Shown here in pieces: positions 16,300-20,258 of a stretch of DNA of 20,258 nt. The stretch is from the NCBI RefSeq assembly GCF_000142905.1, contig NW_013657600.1, positions 1 through 20,258 on the forward strand. Direction: 5' to 3'. The DNA is from Thecamonas trahens ATCC 50062 (taxonomy: Eukaryota; Protista; Apusomonadida). The number at the start of each line of letters is the position of its first letter. Position 1 is the first letter of the stretch. The position numbers and the translations under genes were made by a program. The notes under the pieces were generated by a model. It was not told where the DNA came from. It ran no database searches and was given only the letters and a program-made list of their open reading frames with translations.

Positions 16300-18759
16300 T
16301 GGGACACACTCTTCACTCTGCCAACTGGCCAAGCATGGGATGCGCTGCGGAGGACAATGAGAAGGCTGGCTGGGTACATGCGAGGCTGGCTGGGTACATG
16401 CGAGGCTGGGCAGCGCCCGATGCAGATGCCCTCGCACAATCTGTCTCAGCAGGGGGCTGTCCATGACTGCGACTGTTGTCAAGACTGTTACAAAGTCCAT
16501 CAATTGGCCATGCTGACGATCAGACTGGCTGCGTGAGGGGCTTAGGTGCGGGCTGTAGAGCGATGACAGGCGGGAAGTGTGCGGTCCACGCCAGCGCGCC
16601 TACCGCTGCTTGCGGGTATTGAGCACCGGCCACGACGGCCACAGGTGTCGCTGACAAGGTGATGGAATCCCTGCGCCGTCAACGTTTGAGCTTGTTGCGT
16701 ACATTGCACAGACTGCCAAAGGCGACGACCACCATCTACGAAGTGTGTTGCCAATGGATGGCTGCCCGCGATCAAGTCTCTGCTGCCCCTCGAATCGCTT
16801 AGAGATATTGTGTTGAACGGTAGGCCGTGGTGGACGAGTGCGGCAAGACGTACGTTGTGTTTCCGTGATCGCAGGCGACTCGACGATGTTGCACAAGGGC
16901 TCTGGCGTTGTCGATGGAAAGAAGCACGGCCGGGCACCATGTGTCTGCTGTCTTGTGCGAGGTAACGAGCTTGAGGATGGTATCAACGACCTGAACGCCG
17001 TCATCGCTGACGCGCAAGTCCTGCTCGAGGCCACAAGGCACAGCTCCGTTCGGGTCAGTCCTTGACTCCGGCCGGATTACTCGACCTATGGCACGCTGCA
17101 TTGGGCGAGGTCCACGACGCCATGCAAGACTTTGGGCTGAGGCCACCGCCAAAGGCACTCAACTCGAATGAGCTGGACGCGTATGATGGTCTTCCTCAGA
17201 CAGTGTGTGCCTGTGTGGAGGAGCGGTACTGCGGTGTACTGGTAGATGTAGACCCCGCTCCTATCAGCTCTACTGGCCGCGAACCAAGCTCCTTGCTGCT
17301 GGGTCAGGTGCCTTCGTCACCACCACCGCCTGCCGCCGCCGGCTCCTTGAAGTACAACCAACGGGCCCAGTTTGGTCTTAGCTCTCATCCCGCCTTTCAC
17401 GACGCATCTCTGGCCTTCACCGTCGGCGACGCCCTCCACACGCTTGATCTCGGTGTCGGCAGGCTCATCGCGCAATGGGCGTACAACACAGTGCTGGCCA
17501 CAGCTGTCGAATCGAGTGCTGGTGTGCGAGCAGGACAAGCTCGCGTCAAGGATGTACTGTCGAGGAACATGACCGCGCTTGTGATGTACATTCCGCGTCG
17601 CCGACTTGTGTCGGAGATGATGATCAGGCAGCTTGAGGCTGGAAAGATGCTGCAGGCGTCCGAGGTCGCCTTGATCCTGTCGTTGATGCGTATCGCCATC
17701 GACTGCGACGAAGTGGTTGCACCTCGTCCTGTCCGCCTGCGCGTGGTTAGTCTCCTGGTACTGTATCATGAGTTGCGGGCTCGTGTTGCCCTCAAGCAAG
17801 CAGTGTCGCCCACGGTTGCTCTGGCGATGCATTTGTTGGCGCTGAAAGTGTACAAGTCAACGCGCATCGTTCGATCGTGTGAAGACGAGGAACGTGGGCT
17901 CGCACCTTGCATCGGTGGACGCACACACGCCAGTTGGCCAAGTCACGCCTTGGGTCACTCTCGGCAGGTATGTCGTTGGCAACGTCTGCTCGTCGCCGTG
18001 AGGTGGGAATACGCGTGGCGATGGGAACTGACGTCCTGACTACTGCAAGTAGAGGCGGACCACGACGCACAAGAGGACACCACAGGCCCCGGCAGTCTCC
18101 ATCGCGGTTGGGGACTCGCCGTGGATCGGATGAACTGGTGCGTGGCCAGTCTCGCAGCCTTCGCATGGATCGCGCTCACGCTCGCGCGATGGCTCGCACT
18201 CGGCGGCGCCGGCAGCGCTTAGTGATGCTGTCATCACCCTGTCAATGTCGATGCGAGTTGGCGCCGATGGCGACCGTATCGTGTGCGATCCAGTGCAGTA
18301 TCGACGCGTGTACCCAGCAATGCACGCTGCAATGCACGTTGACGTCGGCGGCGATCAATGTGGACGGCGCGATTGCATTGCCTGGTCGAAGCAGGACTCG
18401 CGAGGGAGACCAAGTCGCAAGTTGGTCAGCTCCTTGCCATCTGCCAACTTGCAGTCGGCCAGACCTCGGTTGCTTGTGGGATTGTACACGCGTTCCGGCG
18501 AATCAGGCTTGGAAACAGCCACCAACTCAACGGCTTGAGGCGGCTGTACCGATTGCGGCGCAAAACCAAGCTCAAGTGCGTTATGCTCGGCAAGGACGGT
18601 CTCGACGCGCCTGCAGACCTCAGCCGCGCGTGCGTCTACCCCGACTTTACCACCACCACAGCCGACGACAGCGCGCTGTTTACCTCGGTGTCCAACCACG
18701 GCTTGGAGTGTGCGCAGAACGAGTTCTTCTTCTACGATCCCGATGGTAAACTAAGCTGA
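16300..18759 (+). pseudogene. Frameshifted Plavaka-like DDE transposase
   Basis: Collinear motifs across frames: TGQAW (16324), GL*SD (Asp 16562), PSTFELVAYI (16676), VDECGKTYVVFP/VIAGD (Asp 16877), PCVCCLV (CxxC 16940-16951), GDALHTLDLGV (17425-17457), WPSHALGH (17935), VEADH (Glu 18052), RACVYPDF (18625), NEFFFYD (18718). Confidence 0.75.
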
Positions 18760-19039
18760 TTGAGGTCGCCTGGTGCGCCAGGGAGACCGCCGAGTGGCGG
18801 TCGAGCGCGGGCGGGGCGACGCCCGTCATGGCTTGCAGACCAGGACCAGAGTAGCAGCAATCGACCACCACTCACCGAGGGCAAGATTATGCCAGAGTAC
18901 CGATTCAATGTAGGTGGGCGACTGCTCAGGCGCCAGAGGAGTCACGGGCAGCACAATGACTATGGCTGCAAGGGTAGCCGCAAAGCGCACAGCATGCCCT
19001 GTCGAGGGTAGGCATGCTACCCGCACAGACACCAGAGAG

Positions 19040-19640
19040 CGAGTGCGGATGCGGCGACTCAGGCCATGACATGTCGGGGTCGGGGTTTTCCGTTTGCCAC
19101 CGAACAGAAGATGAGGGTGGCCGATGAAGCGTCAGCACGCGTGTTTGCAATGATCCAGGGTGAATGCCCATGGCGAGAAGCGCACCCAACACAAAGCCTG
19201 TGCGACGGATGTGGAGCGACGGAGCACACGGCCTGTTGGCTGCTCGAACAACATCCGCACGAGAGGCAGTGGTCAGCGACGATCCTCCCAGAAGCTGTTG
19301 TGGCTAAGTATGCCGTGGACAATGTGCTCATCCATCAACACCACCTATGACCGCACCCGTGAATTCTTGGCAACAGACAGGCAGCCAGCAAGCCAGGCGT
19401 GCTCGTGGCCCAATGGTAGGCGCTGCTCGTGTCTCGCGACACGTCCAAAGACAACAACAACGGCTGGATGTGTCGCGACATTCTTGGGATATAGCTGCTG
19501 GCAGACCATCCTCGCCTTTGGTGCCGTCTTCGTCTGTTCGACATCGTTTCTTCGTTGTGGGGGTGGCGGGGATAGCGGAAACGGAGGTTTGTAGCATCAA
19601 GAGGCGGGTTGTCGAATCCAAACAAGCAAATCGATCCAAT
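19040..19640 (+). pseudogene. Decayed ORF with PHD-like zinc finger followed by two chromodomain-like segments
   Basis: LCDGCGATEHTAC...P...W (19198-19272); YAVDNVL...REFL...CSW (19309-19408); WMCRDIL...FFVV/WRG* (19465-19575); requires frameshifts. Confidence 0.4.
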
Positions 19641-20258
19641 GATACCATCGGCAAGACATCACACGAATGCGACTGACATCACCAAGGTCGCTGCAACCAA
19701 CTTGGTCATGCCATTTGGGGTAGGGGGTGGGGGTGGTCGTTTGTGGTGACGGGTGGTAATGAGTATGGTAGGGGGGATGAGGGGGGTCGTAACGTGGGGT
19801 CGTGACGGGCGAAATGGTAGTAGGTATGGCGATTGGGCTTGAGCATTGATGAAGGTGAGTATGATACGGCTGATGGGTGTGTGTGGGGTGTGGGCGATAG
19901 GGGCGGCGGGTACTTGGCCGGCAGAGGGAAGGCGGCGGACGTTAATTAAGTTGAACGTTGAATTAATTGAAGAAAAGCCGGAACCAGCATCAAACGAGGC
20001 AATGACGTCCACAACAACAACCAAAGATCATACATGGCTTGCACAGCGCACGTATGAGTAAGCCAACAGGGCCTGGACAAAGCTACCAGGCAATGGGACG
20101 GATTCGGGTGACGTTGAGGTCGGTGAGACAGGGCGCGGTTGATCGATCAGATCTGCTGATCAACCATGACCACGACACAACAGGGTCAACACTAAATATA
20201 TTGCATGCACAACTATTGACCACGGCAAACGACAACAAAAATGAGCATCGATACTATA

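Larger units (their letters stand above)
15766..19640 (+). mobile_element. Decayed Plavaka-like (CMC/EnSpm-related) DNA transposon; boundaries approximate, TIR/TSD not identified
   Basis: Repeat cluster, then a fragmented DDE transposase, then a second fragmented ORF; no convincing intact host gene in the interval. Confidence 0.7.

Noticed and set aside
15588-20202. AATATATTTAG (15588-15598) and CTAAATATATT (20192-20202) as terminal inverted repeats
   Set aside because: Only 11 bp of low-complexity AT sequence, no extension and no TSD; cannot be distinguished from chance without other copies.
19659-20258. ORFs at the right end of the window
   Set aside because: G-rich or stop-interrupted frames without recognisable domains.

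Overview
GC-rich, compact, intron-poor eukaryotic DNA. HYLS1 indicates a flagellated organism; the style is consistent with an apusomonad such as Thecamonas, but that is inference only. 1-14.3 kb is a dense block of host genes: class I glutamine amidotransferase-like protein, a large alpha-solenoid protein, ureide permease-type transporter, two or three hypotheticals, XPC/Rad4, HYLS1 and a RING-less RGLG/copine vWA protein, with several micro/minisatellites and one assembly gap. Two identical tRNA-His(GTG) genes follow at 14.6-14.85 kb. Beyond them there are no convincing intact genes: an AT-rich island, a cluster of direct/inverted GACCGTTCT repeats, and a heavily frameshifted Plavaka-like (CMC/EnSpm-related) DDE transposase whose motifs can be read in order across frames. 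Directly downstream on the same strand is a decayed ORF that reads as PHD-like finger + two chromodomain-like segments. This possible Plavaka-type transposon carrying a histone-reader module beside a tRNA pair is the best candidate for an undescribed system. All family assignments are by-eye motif recognition, not database results.
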